From the NCBI RefSeq assembly GCF_048593235.1, contig NC_133618.1:112321105-112385104 (forward strand): a DNA stretch of 64,000 nt, in the 5' to 3' direction. The notes beneath the pieces were generated by a model. That model did no database searches and had not been told where the DNA came from. It saw only the letters and a list, made by a program, of their open reading frames with translations. This DNA comes from Sminthopsis crassicaudata. Its lineage: Eukaryota. How positions within the stretch are numbered: the first letter of the stretch is position 1; the number at the start of each line of letters is the position of its first letter. This document shows, in pieces, positions 12,012 to 23,499 of the stretch. The position numbers and the translations under genes were made by a program.

Positions 12012-12051
12012 ACATTATTCAACAATGTTAAATAACATTGTTGAATAATGT
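12012..12051. repeat. Perfect inverted repeat, 19-bp arms, 2-nt spacer
   Basis: ACATTATTCAACAATGTTA-AA-TAACATTGTTGAATAATGT; arms are exact reverse complements. Confidence 0.97.
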
Positions 12052-12350
12052 TTGTGAAAGCCTTGCTTGTTTCATACTAATACTCTCCTTTGAGATGCTT
12101 TTCATTCATATATAGATGACTCCTTAAAAGAATGTTATATATGTAGGAAAGTAGGCATATAGATTAATGGGTTTTTATGTTTTCTTAGCCATATTTTTTG
12201 GTAAATCAATAAGGCCCAGGATTTTGACCCACAATTCAGAAAACTTCAGAATGGTGAGAGATTAATCACTTAATTGGAAATGGACCAATTAATTTGATAT
12301 ATTCCCTTGAATTTCTAAGAAAAAAAGACCTAGTCATCAAGTTTATGTTT

Positions 12351-12430
<80 letters not shown>
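12351..12430. repeat. (TA)n microsatellite
   Basis: About 40 TA units with two interruptions. Confidence 0.98.
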
Positions 12431-12431
<1 letters not shown>

Positions 12432-13039
12432 GTTATAGCTGTGGCTGCTAACTGGGATGCTGTTCAGGGAGGGGACTGATGCAGACTATAACAGAGGTAT
12501 CAAACCTTAATCAGCCTTACTTGAGTTTGATATAACTGTTACACAGTCCTCTCTATCAGTAGCACACAAAAGCTCTTTGTTAAGCAATTGTGGCTGCTAC
12601 TTATAAGTCCTGTCATTTGCATTCTTCACCCCCTGCCTCTTCTAAGTTTCATGCAAGATTTTCTTTTCTTTCTTTTTTTTTTTTTTTTGTTTTTGTTTGA
12701 GTTAAACCACATGCTTTCTAATCACCACACAGCAATGTACTTTCTACTGCTCACAGCAGGTCTATAGGCTTCTTTAGGCCACCTGGGTATGATTCACTCA
12801 TTTAGGTGTTTCTCTGTACCACAACTGATCAGGTGTTCTGTCGATGTCTGCTCTTAGATGTCTCGTCCAGAGAAGCTGAGTTTGCACAGAGAACTGCTTT
12901 AATGCCAGAGGCTTAACTGGATTCTAGGATCTTATTATTGGAGATTTGGTTTTGCCACATAATGAGTCAAAGTATATTTAGTATATTATTGGGCAGGGTA
13001 CTAAATGATACCCAGTTGTCTGAAAAGGTCATTAGAAAG

Positions 13040-13205
13040 TAGATATAGAGCTTGAAAGGGTCCCCAAAGTTCCTCAATTTTACAGATGAAAAAACTGAAG
13101 CTCAGACAGGGAAATGTTTTGTCAAAGTCACAGGGGTAGCAAGTGGAGAGCCAGAATTTTACTCCCTCTCCTCTGACTCCAGATCTAACATTCTTTGCAC
13201 TGTTT
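13040..13205 (-). mobile_element. MIR SINE
   Basis: CCTCAATTTTACAGATGAAAAAACTGAAGCTCAGA...GTCAAAGTCACAG...CTCTGACTCCAGATC is the antisense MIR core. Confidence 0.7.
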
Positions 13206-13699
13206 GTCATCTCACTAGATTCAGACTCACCCACTGGGTTAGGGAGTGGGCACACAGGCTTTCGGGTCTAAGACTACTCTGTCAGCAATGCTAGGTTGTA
13301 TGTACTTTATAATCACTGCCCAATCCATGCTCTCTGTTAGAGAAAAAGTATATATGTGTGTGTGTATGTGTATGATATGACTGTCTATGAATATATAGAA
13401 CTATGAATCTGTTTATCTGAATTCCTATGTGCTTTTCTGAGCATGTATCTGTCATATATTCAGTTTCTTTAAATCTGACATTTTTCAGAATGCCAATGTG
13501 AATGTATGTGAGTGTATGTGTAAACTCTTGAGTCTGCATGTCTATATGTCTGACTGTGTTTGTATTTCATGTGTATCTATATAACATATATCTAGATGCC
13601 TGTGGTCCTACATGTATTTCTCAGGGTTTCTAATCATATGTGTTGGTATAACAGTGTGTATATATCCATTTATATGGGTACATTTGGATGAATTATGTA

Positions 13700-14258
13700 T
13701 TTTTTTATTATAGCCTTTATTTACAAGATATGTGCATGGGAAATTTTTCAGCACTGACAATTGCAAAACCTTTTGTTCCAACTTTTCCCCTCCTTCCCCC
13801 CACCCCCTCCCCCAGATAGCAGGTTGATCAATACATGTTAAATATGTTAAAGTATAAGTTAAATACAATATATGTATACATTTCCATACAATTATTTTGC
13901 TGTACAAAAAGAATTGGACTTTGAAATAGTGTACAATTAGCCTGTGAAGAAAATAAAAAATGCTGGCAGACAAAAAATAGAGGGACTGGGAATTCTATGT
14001 AGTGGTTCATAATCATTTCCCAGAGTTCTTTCACTGGGTGTAGCTGGTTCAGTTCATTACTGCTCTATTGGAACTGATTTGGTTCATCTCTTGTTGAAGA
14101 TGGCCTCATCCATCAGAATTGATCCTCATATAGTATTGTTGTTGAAGTATATAATGATCTCCTGGTCCTGCTCATTTCACTCAGCATCAGTTCATGTAAG
14201 TCTCTCCAGGCCTTTCTGAAATCATCCTGTTGGTCACTTCTTACAGAACAATAATATT
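13700..14258 (-). mobile_element. L1 3' end (5'-truncated)
   Basis: T-rich start, C-rich tract and CATTTCACTCAGCATCAGTTCATGTAAGTC, homologous to the other L1 3' ends in this window. Confidence 0.85.
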
Positions 14259-14354
14259 ATATAATTTAATTATATATCTGTATCTGTGTATGTTTCATTG
14301 TATTTTGTGGGTGCATACAACAATGTTAATTTCTCAGGCACTTAGTAAATGTTT

Positions 14355-14498
14355 GACTTTGGGCTAGTTACTTTACCCTGATTGCCTCAGTCTCCTAATC
14401 TGTAAAATGTACTAGAGAAGAAAATGGCAAATCACTTCAGTATCTTTGCCAAGAAAAACCCCAAATGGGAGCACAAAGAATCAGACATAAGTGAACCA
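14355..14498 (+). mobile_element. Mar1-like CORE-SINE with RTE/BovB-type tail
   Basis: Core followed by GAAAATGGCAAATCACTTCAGTATCTTTGCCAAGAAAAACCCCAAATGGG. Confidence 0.7.
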
Positions 14499-14616
14499 AT
14501 ATATTTACCTATGTGTGTGTGTATTGTGTGTGCATGTGTGTGTGTGAGATAGAGGTCTAGAGAAAAATCTGTTCTCTTTTTTTAGAATCCATAAAAATAC
14601 GTCTACAAATCAATGA

Positions 14617-14624
14617 AATTGTGT

Positions 14625-14669
<45 letters not shown>

Positions 14670-14676
14670 TATGTGT
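14617..14676. repeat. (TG)n microsatellite
   Basis: Read directly. Confidence 0.95.
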
Positions 14677-15305
14677 CTGCATACTCCTTTGTTTATTTAA
14701 GCTGTGTGTGTAAAGAAATTAGGCAAGAGCAAGCAGGACAATGCCAGGATTTTGACTTGACAATATGGCACAGCATAGTACAAGTGGTCAATATAAATTA
14801 GGACAGAGAAGGGGCATTAGTCTACACTTACAATTTTGCTTTTTTCCATCCAATTCCACTCACTCAGACTTCTTTCTCTTTCTCCCTTCACTCAAAAGGT
14901 CCTACTGTTAAGGAATGACAAAGTTATGCTGTCCTTTGTATGCAAAGGTAACACTCTTGATTAGGAAGAATAGGACAGCTGTGTATGGTCAGAATGAATT
15001 TTGCTGATCATCAAAAGCCAGACTGGTTTCATCAAAAATAACTCCCACTCAATCTTATTTCCTTTCTTTGACAGTTACTAGACTAGATTACTTTGTCAAG
15101 AATACTAAGAGGTAAGGGAAATGTATTAAGTACAGTTTGCCTAGATTTTAGCCAAATACCTGACAAAGTCTCTTTTGATATTTTTATGGATAAGATGGAA
15201 AGAGTCAGACTAGAAAATGATTTCCACAATTAAATAGATTTTTTTCCTTGAATGAGTAGTCCCAAAGATTAATCATTAAAGTCAAAGTCCACTTATAAGG
15301 AAGTC

Positions 15306-15676
15306 TGTGGTGGAAGCAATATCCTAACCTTTCCCACCATGCAGGTTAGGCTCATTTTTTCCCCTACCATGTAATGAAACATTCCTCCAGACCTAGTTGA
15401 TTCAGGGAATTAAGGACTCAGACTGCTGGTATCCCTTCTTTGAGTGTAAAACAGCTCTCAGAGACTTAACCGCTGAGTAATGCAGGCAAAGGAGCTTTGC
15501 TCATTTGAATCATTTCAAAGTGTCCTCTATGGCTATACTTGCTAAATATTCTTCTCCTATCATATTCAACTAAATCTTCTTTTATTAATAGTTGAATGAC
15601 TTAGGAATATCTCATTTGTCTCAATATCAAAAATAAACTATCAGGGACTGGCCTGAGTCAGGCCCTGCCCAAAACA
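15306..15676 (+). mobile_element. Solo LTR inserted in the L3
   Basis: TGTGGTGG...CCCAAAACA ends; AATAAA at 15632-15637; interrupts the L3 at AAGGAAGTC|TCTAGTGG-like sequence; flanks AGTC/AGCC (4 bp, one mismatch). Confidence 0.6.
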
Positions 15677-16053
15677 AGCCCTCTAATGGAGTAACTAAGG
15701 GATGTGCTTGATCCTAGACTATTTGACATTTCATCAGTGTCTTGAACTAAGACAATTGACTTTGAACAATTGACTTCTCATCAAATTTGCAGATGACTCA
15801 AAGCTCACAAAAATAACTAACAAATTGATTGACAAAATCAGTATTGAAAATTATCTCAACATGTTAAGAAAACTTGGGGCTTACTCTAATAAGATGTAAT
15901 AGAATAAGGAAAAATACAAAGTCATGCTTTAATTAGTTCAAAAAGACAATTTCACAATTACAAGATAAGGGAGTCTTGGCTAGACAACAGTTCATCTAGA
16001 AAATATCCAGGGCTTTCAGTGGTTTCTAAGGTCAATATGATTCAGCAGTGTGA

Positions 16054-16627
16054 TGTTAGGTTCCTTACTAGGTGCTAAGTCAGAACTTAACAATTCTCTA
16101 GCTCAGAGTTCACACCTTTAGTTCAAACCTTTAAAGGAGTTTACACCTTTAAAAGGAGCTAGCTCATTGGTTGTAAAGGAGTTCCCACAACCCCCTGGGA
16201 GTATCCACAAGCCCATTCTCTGGGAGGATAAAAGGAGCCAAGAGTCAGGAAGAAAGATTGGAGATTCTACTGTGGTGCTGACTGGGGACACTTGGACAAG
16301 AGCAGATTCACAAGAACTAAAGGAAAAGCCTGCTCATGGAGATTCATAACTAGGATTGACTTCCGGAAAACCCACAATCCCACACTCTTGGAGGCAGAGT
16401 CTGATGCATTCCCATGTCTACCTTTGCTCTGGTTGGAGGCTCTAGAAGCCTCCCAAGAAACCTGCTCCCAGAGAAAAGGATTTACAGAAAAGAAACTTCC
16501 TCCCAGAGAAGGATTATAATTGAGAGACTACAGAACATTATATTTTGGCACCCAACATGGGGCAGACTTTGCTTATCCTGACTCTGGTTGATTCTGAGCC
16601 CTTCAGGGGGGTAGCCCTGACATAACA
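16054..16627 (+). mobile_element. Solo ERV2/betaretrovirus-like LTR with an internal primer-binding site
   Basis: TGTTAGG...CATAACA ends; perfect 6-bp TSD GTGTGA (16048-16053, 16628-16633); shares 5' end and the identical 24-mer GCCCATTCTCTGGGAGGATAAAAG with the LTR at 60830. Confidence 0.9.
16546..16563 (+). promoter_or_regulatory. tRNA-Lys(CUU; Lys1,2) primer-binding site relic
   Basis: TGGCACCCAACATGGGGC matches TGGCGCCCAACGTGGGGC at 16/18; both mismatches are CpG-to-CpA. Confidence 0.85.
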
Positions 16628-16644
16628 GTGTGATATTTTAATAG

Positions 16645-16880
16645 TTGACATTTTTGTAGCATTTTAAAGTTTATAAAGTACTTTCATACATTATTTCATT
16701 TGACCTTTACAAAAACCTTATGAGATAAGTACCACAGGTTTTGTTATCACTTCCATTTTATAGATATGGAAACTGATGTTTAGAGAGGACAGATGGTTTG
16801 AGTAGGATCACATAACTACTATTTTGGAGGCCTCTGATTCCAAAGTGCTTTTTTTTTTTTTTCCAACTCTATTGTGTTGC
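16645..16880 (-). mobile_element. MIR SINE inside the L3
   Basis: ATTATTTCATTTGACCTTTACAAAAACC...CCATTTTATAGATATGGAAACTGA antisense MIR. Confidence 0.7.
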
Positions 16881-18209
16881 TACCAGAAAGGTAATCAAGA
16901 GAGCAAAAATCTTCCAGTTTGTTGAAGGAACAAGGGACATTTAGAATGGAGAAGGGAGACAATGGTCTTTAGATGTCATATAGAAATGGGGTGAGACTTC
17001 TCTGGCTTGACTTCAGAGAGGAGAACCTGCAGCAATGGGTGGAAGATGCAAAGAGATAGATGTAGGATTATTGTCAGGAAAAACATCCTAACAAACATAA
17101 TTAAACAAAAGGAGAACAGCTTCCCTCATAAGGGAGCAGGTCTCCAAGAAAAGCTATTCTATTTTTGTTTGGGAATAGGATGGACTAGATGGCTGTTGAG
17201 GTCCTTTCCAACTCAGAGATTATAGAATTATGTGAGTGCCCATAATGGGGAATTAGCAACTGAGCACTATGCTCACAGGAACCAGAGTATTTGCAATGTT
17301 TGCAAAATAATAGAGATATGATTAAGAATCTCACAACCTGGGGAATATTAGAGACAATCTCCAGAGACTGATGGTGAAGAGGGGACAGAAGAGATCTTTA
17401 TAGAAGAAAAGGGGCAAATGTGAGAGGTTCTCTGAGATTGCCTTAGAGCCACTGACAATATCCCTGGGGGCAACCCCTAACCACCACATTGGATGAGTAC
17501 CTAGAGTGTATAATTGTTATTGAGGTTGATGCAGGGAAACCTTTCACCCTGAAGAATAAGAATACAAAAATAAAATTTTATCAAGAGATTGCAAAACATT
17601 ATTTGTGAGCTTGATCAATGGGCATGGATTATAAATTTGTCCCAGAAACTGTTTTTTTTTTCCCTACACATAGATATATAAAAAATAAAATTTGCTGTGG
17701 AGTTATCCTACCAGAAGTTTCCCTGCCTGAAAAAGTAAGTGGAAGCCCTTGCCATGCCTTTTACTATATTCCTTTAAGTGAAAGTCAGTCCACTGGGTGC
17801 AAATGTAAACATTTTGCTGACTAACAAAGTGCAGATACAAGATAGGTTTACAGGACAGGATTTCATAGTTTGCCCAGGATTTTGTAGTTCCTTTACACAT
17901 AGTGTGGTCATCTTACATATAATACAGATATCCTACATATATACACACAGAAACTAAAGAAGAAAGACTTTTCCAGGGAAAATCCATAGGACATAATATT
18001 CCTTATATTGCAATGGAAGGATTAACTGGATTTAGTTCAGTAGGAGAGGCTACAGGAATCTAGATGACAGGTGCACCTTCATTTGAATTTTTAGATTCAT
18101 CCATTCCTAAAATAACTTCAAGAACCATCTAGTTCTATTCAAGGTACAATTATAAGGGAAAAAAAGACCCTGTCCTTTTTTTTCCTCCCTTATTTCACAA
18201 GCTTTATAG

Positions 18210-19825
18210 TCAGTGATCCTGCTTCCATATCTTCACCAGACTTCCTTAATCCAAAACCCTGTTGCAGACCAAGTCTTCCTCTTCCTCCTCCAATCTCCTA
18301 CAAAAGTTCAATCTGACATTCCTTCAACATAATTTCTTAAACCTCTTTCTTTCTTTTCTTTTCTTTTCTTTTCTTTTCTTTTCTTTTAACAGCTAAATTA
18401 CTAGAAAGGGCCACCTATCCTTATTGTTCCCATTTTATTACCTTCTCATTTCTTAATCCTACACAGTCTGGCTTCTTATCTCAACATTTAATTGAAATTT
18501 TTTTCTCCAAAATCATCAGCAATTTCCTAACTGGTAAATCCAAAGTTCATTCTTCAGTTCATCTACTTAACCTGCAGCTTTTAACATTGTTGAACATACC
18601 CTCCTCCAACATAATTTCTTCTCTCTACATTTCTAAGACAGTGGTCTCTCTTAGTTCTCATCTTACATGCCTGACCACTGCAGTCTTCTGATTATCATCC
18701 TTCTGATTCCCACTAATGTGGATATCTCACCAGGCTCTGTCCTAGACCTTCCATTTCTCTCTCTATATTCTCTCCTATGGTGACCTCAACCAATTGAACA
18801 AATGGATTCAATCATCATCTTTATACAAATGGCTCCTAAATTTAAACAGCCTCCCTAATGTCTTTTATGAACTCCAGGATGGCAACATCAATTGATTGTT
18901 AAAAATCTATAAATGTATCCCTAGGCTCACCTCAAAGTCAACATGTCCAAAATGGAACTCATTATATTTTGCCCAAACCTATATTTCTTCCAAATTTTTC
19001 TTCTTGAGTTAAGGGTACCATCATCATTCTAGTTACAAAGATTTATAACCTCATAGAAATCTTCATTCTTAACTCTTCCCTCTTTCTTACCCTTCCATAA
19101 GATGCCAAAATTCTTTTCATACTTCCTCCAAGATATATGTAGCAGCCATACTATTTCTATACTTACATAGATCTATTTTATTTCCAACTTTTATCACTAT
19201 GCAGATAATATTCAATAGCTCTGTAATTTATCTCTCTGCTTCCAAACTCTCTCTTCTTAGATTTGTATTCCTCACTGCTATCAAGTTGATATTCATAAAA
19301 TACTGCTCACTGATTGTCACTTTCCTTATCAAGTATGTTCATCAGTTCTCTCCAATCTGTAGAACAAAATTCAAATTTCTTAGCTTGGCATTTAAAATCC
19401 TTCACAATCTAGCTCCAACCTACTTCTTCAGTCATATTTCACATTATTCCCAGTCACAAAACCTAATTTCTAGTTAAACTGGACTATTCACTGTTTACTT
19501 TATACAACATTCCATTTTCTACATCTCTATATAAACTATCCAGATCTGTGGAATGTATTTCTTCCATATCTCTACCTCCAACCTCTACCTTAGTTTTTTC
19601 AAAGTACAACTCAAGTGATACTTCTTTTATGAACTGATTCCCATCAGTTAGTAATCTTTCTGTCTTAAAATTACTTTGTATTTACTTTAAATTTATCTAT
19701 TTGTGTACATGTCATATATCCCAATAGAAAATAAAATTCTTGAGAAAAGGGGCATATAAGACACTTAAATATTTATTTATTTATTTTTGTTTTTGTGTTG
19801 TACAGATGTGACTTAGTGTGATACT
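18210..19825 (+). mobile_element. L2 LINE, RT region to 3' end
   Basis: Pyrimidine-rich sense L2; degenerate QSGF motif (ACACAGTCTGGCTTC near 18460), AAAGTCAACATGTCCAAAATGGAACTCATT and TAGAACAAAATTCAAATTTCTTAGCTTGGCATTTAAA. Confidence 0.75.
18346..18387. repeat. (TTTTC)n microsatellite
   Basis: Read directly. Confidence 0.95.
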
Positions 19826-19826
19826 T

Positions 19827-20620
19827 TGTATAACTGGGATATTTGGTACACTGAAATAATGTTACTAGTTCAAATAGGCTCCTTAAGCCTGAAGAAAGTG
19901 TTTATGAGTTATTGGGATTTGAGGGGGAGGAGGGGGGTGAAGAGAGATGTAATTTCTTATTTGTCCACCAGGAAGAGCTCTACCCAAGTCATCTGCCTAG
20001 TGGTCACTTAGACATCTTTCTGGTTCATCAAGGTTGGGATTGGAAATACGTAAAGTATTACACTCTACCTACATGGCTCCATATAGCCGCAATGAGTAAC
20101 CTATATTGCCTGGACAATATGAAATTTCGCACTCCAAAAATTATACAAATGGAATCTCCCTTCTGTGTCAGACAACATTCATAGGATAAAGGTATTCAAC
20201 ACATAGCCACATAGGTTATTGAAAATAGCAAAGATAAAAGGAAAAAAAATGTTCTGTACTCTTTTTTGTAGTCCTGATTTCACCCAATTACTTTCCCCAT
20301 TCTTCAGGGGTGATGAGAGATTTTTGGATTACATTTCTTGATAACAGATTATGAAGAAATAAGAAAGGAGTTTATCTGGGCCCAATTCTGAGTCCAAGAG
20401 GATAAATAAGGCAAAGGCAGGGAAAGAAAAGGGGAATCAGTCACCCCCACCTCTGGTTCACTAATCCATCTGGATTCCAAGTATCTGGCAATTACTGGCT
20501 TCCTCTGAGTCAGTCCCCACTTTGGTTCCTGACTGTGAGTCACCTCTTCATTTCTGATCACAGAATCAGGCTATCTCTCTTCAGTCTCAAATTTTATTAA
20601 TTCCAGTAGCTCCTTGCTAC
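19827..20620. mobile_element. One or two possible LTR-like insertions in the L2 tail
   Basis: TG starts (TGTATAAC, TGTAGTCC) and a CA end (GCTACA); LTR-like composition; no clean TSD found. Confidence 0.3.
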
Positions 20621-21579
20621 AGTAATTTCCTAGTTACTGCTATGTTTTCCAACATAATAATTCACTATTCTATAATTGCTTGCCACTTTGGGCACAAATT
20701 TAATTCTAGTGTGTCTCGGTTGCCTGCATCCAGCATGGTGAACAAGGATGTTTTTCTCAAGGGCAAAGGAATTTGGCAATCCTCAGGTCTATATACCAAC
20801 TTATCCACTCCCATGACTTCCTAGTGTCTAACTCTTATGTTTCTCTCTAGGCATTTACAGGGACTACTTGGCTCTCCTTGGAGATAAAATGCTCCTGCAC
20901 AATATCCATTTATCTTCTCAACACCAACAGACACCTAAAAACGTTTGCTGAATTGAACTGAGTCATGATGTACCCCTGACTTCTTGGCGATCTTTTGTTA
21001 AAGAGAATCTATTGATAAAAAAATAACAGGAGGCCTTAAATCACAGATCTATGATGTTTAAAAAAAAAAGGAATTTAGTTCTATATCATCAATGCAGGGA
21101 TTTGGTAGGAGGAAACCTTTGAACAAGGTCTTACAGATGACTAGAATTTCAACTGATAGAACTGATAGGGAAGGCTCTTGCAGGTAGAATAAACTTTATT
21201 CACACATAATAGGGAATCATTAAAGATTTGTTGAAATTTACTTCATGCTGTTTAAAAACTCTAATTGTTGGGAGAAAATAGATGATATTTAACTATTTGT
21301 ACAGATTCTCTTTATACTAATGATAGGTTATGGAATAGATGATATATGAAATTGTGTAAGTACAATGTAATTTTCCCAGAATCAGAGTGATATGATAGAA
21401 GATTTGGGTTTCTTAACAAATTGAACTTAAGATCCATATTTTTAAAAATAGAAATTACCATAACCAGTATACTAAAAATCACCTATAAATTATAAACCAT
21501 ATAATCTAAAGCTTTGTAAAGTACATATAAATTGATTTTAAAAGACAAATTGCACAAGGTAAACAGAACAAATTATAAA

Positions 21580-21800
21580 AATAATAACTAGCATTTATAT
21601 ATTGCTTATTATGTACCATATATTGTGCTAAATATTTTATAGTGATTATCTCATTTGATCCTCACAACAACCCTAGGAAATGAGGTGCTATTATGATCCA
21701 TTCTACAGATGATAAAACTGGGACAATTAAATTAAGTTGCCAAAGCTAGTAAGTCTGAAGCTGGATTTAAAAGTGGGGTCTTTCTGATTCCAGGGGCTCT
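21580..21800 (-). mobile_element. MIR/Mar-type SINE
   Basis: TAACTAGCATTTATAT...ATCTCATTTGATCCTCACAACAACCCTAGG...CTACAGATGATAAAACTG. Confidence 0.75.
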
Positions 21801-22319
21801 ATTTAGTGGATTACCCACTGATTACTAGATGATAGAGGTAGCAGGTACTATAGAGGTGAGTGAGTCCACCCTTAATTTTTAAATGAAGACAGAGTTAGAG
21901 AAAAGTGAGTTGACTTTCCCAATGTCACACTACAAGCTAGTGGCAGAAATAAAACTAAAGTCTAGGTTTCACATCTTGTAGTACAAAATTCCTTATATAA
22001 TTAACATTGTTATAGAATCATAGAGAATTGAACAAAGTTATTATTTATTCATAATTTCTGACTTTTACCACAATTAATCAAAATTAATTAAAGAATAGTT
22101 TTCTCAGGTCCATGCAAACTCACTAATATTTATATAGCATTTACATGTGCTAGATACTGTGTCAAGGTCTCTATAATAATTATCTTATTTAAAGAGAAAT
22201 CACAAAGTAAGTGGCTTCAAGTTTTAAAATATGAAGTACAAAGCAAGATCTCTAGCTGAGAGGGTGGGAGGAGAGATACTATAGGAGGATTAGGGAAGGA
22301 AAAGAAGGTTTGGAACATT

Positions 22320-22550
22320 TTTCAGTCAAGTCTGACTCTGTGTAACCTTATTTGGGGTTTTCCTGGCAGAGATACTGAAGCGGTTTGTCATTTCCTTTTC
22401 CAGCTCATCCTACAGAGGAGAAAACTGAGATAAACAGGGTCAAGTGACTTGCCAATGGTCACACAGCTAATAAGTATCTGAGTCCAGTTTTGAACTCAAG
22501 AAGAGTCTTCTTGATTCCAGGTTTCTACTCATTGTGCCACCTTGCTGCCT
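22320..22550 (-). mobile_element. Near full-length Mar1-like SINE
   Basis: RTE-type tail (TCTGACTCTGTGTAACCTTATTTGGGGTTTTCCTGGCAGAGATACTG), core and tRNA-like head (GTGCCACCTTGCTGCC), all antisense. Confidence 0.8.
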
Positions 22551-22576
22551 AAATAATAGGATAAAGAATTAATTAG

Positions 22577-23403
22577 GGACACTGATACATTGGTGATACA
22601 TTGAACTATGAATGGATCCAACCATTCTGGAGAGTTATTTGAAACCATTTGCTCAAAAAGTTATCAAATTGTGCATAACCTTTGACCCAGCAGTGTTACT
22701 ACTGGGCTTATATCCCAAAGAGATTTTAAAGGAGGAAAAAAGACCCACATGTACAAAAATGTTTGTGGCAGTCCTTTTCATAATGACTAGAAACTGGAAA
22801 CTGAGTGGATGCCCATCAATTGGAGAATGGCTGAATAAGTTATGATATATGAATGTTATGGAATAAGAAACAACCAACAGGATGATCTCAGAGAGGACTG
22901 GAGAGATGTGAACTAATGCTAAGTAAAATGAGCAGAATCTGAAGATCATTATACACAGCAACAACAAGACTATACGATGATCAGTTCTGATGGACGTGAC
23001 TCTCTTCTACAATGAGTTGATTCAAACCAATTCCAATTGTCCAGTAATGAAGAGAGACATCTATACCCAGAAAGAGGACTATGAGAACTGAGTGTGGACC
23101 ACAATATAGTATTTTTACTCTTTCTATTATTGTTTGCTTGCATTTTTGTTTTCCTTCTCAGGTTTTTTTTCTTTCTAGATCCTATTTTTCTTGTGCAGCA
23201 AGACAATTGTATAAATATGTATACATATATTGGAATTAACATATAATTTAACATATTTAACATGAATTGAACTACCTGCCATTTAGGGGAGTGGGGAGGG
23301 GGAAGGAGGGGAAAATTTGGAACAGAAAGTTTTGTAAGGGTCAATGTTGAAAAAATTACCAATGCATATGTTTTGTAAATAAAAAGCTATAATAATAATA
23401 ATA
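22577..23403 (+). mobile_element. 5'-truncated L1 (ORF2 C-terminus relic plus 3' UTR) with (TAA)n tail
   Basis: Perfect 14-bp TSD AAAGAATTAATTAG at 22563-22576 and 23404-23417; ORF 22612-22845 resembles the L1 ORF2 C-terminus. Confidence 0.9.
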
Positions 23404-23499
23404 AAAGAATTAATTAGACAGGAAGAAAATTATTGCTTTGCTTCAATAGGAATCCTGTTGGAAGTAGTAAAACTTTGTAGTGGACTCAGTTATGGCTTC

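Larger units (their letters stand above)
15010..17232 (+). mobile_element. CR1/L3 LINE relic (RT domain to 3' end), split by two LTRs and a MIR
   Basis: Degenerate CR1 RT motifs: SQTGFIKN, LDFSQ..DKVS, IKFADDSKL (ATCAAATTTGCAGATGACTCAAAGCTC near 15780); L3 3' end GAGGTCCTTTCCAACTCAGAGATT near 17200. Confidence 0.8.

Noticed and set aside
12012-12051. Canonical pre-miRNA
   Set aside because: 19-bp stem with a 2-nt loop and no extended lower stem; kept only as a palindrome.
17501-17548. 48-nt minus-strand exon
   Set aside because: Strong acceptor but weak donor (TAG|GTACTC); peptides unrecognised.
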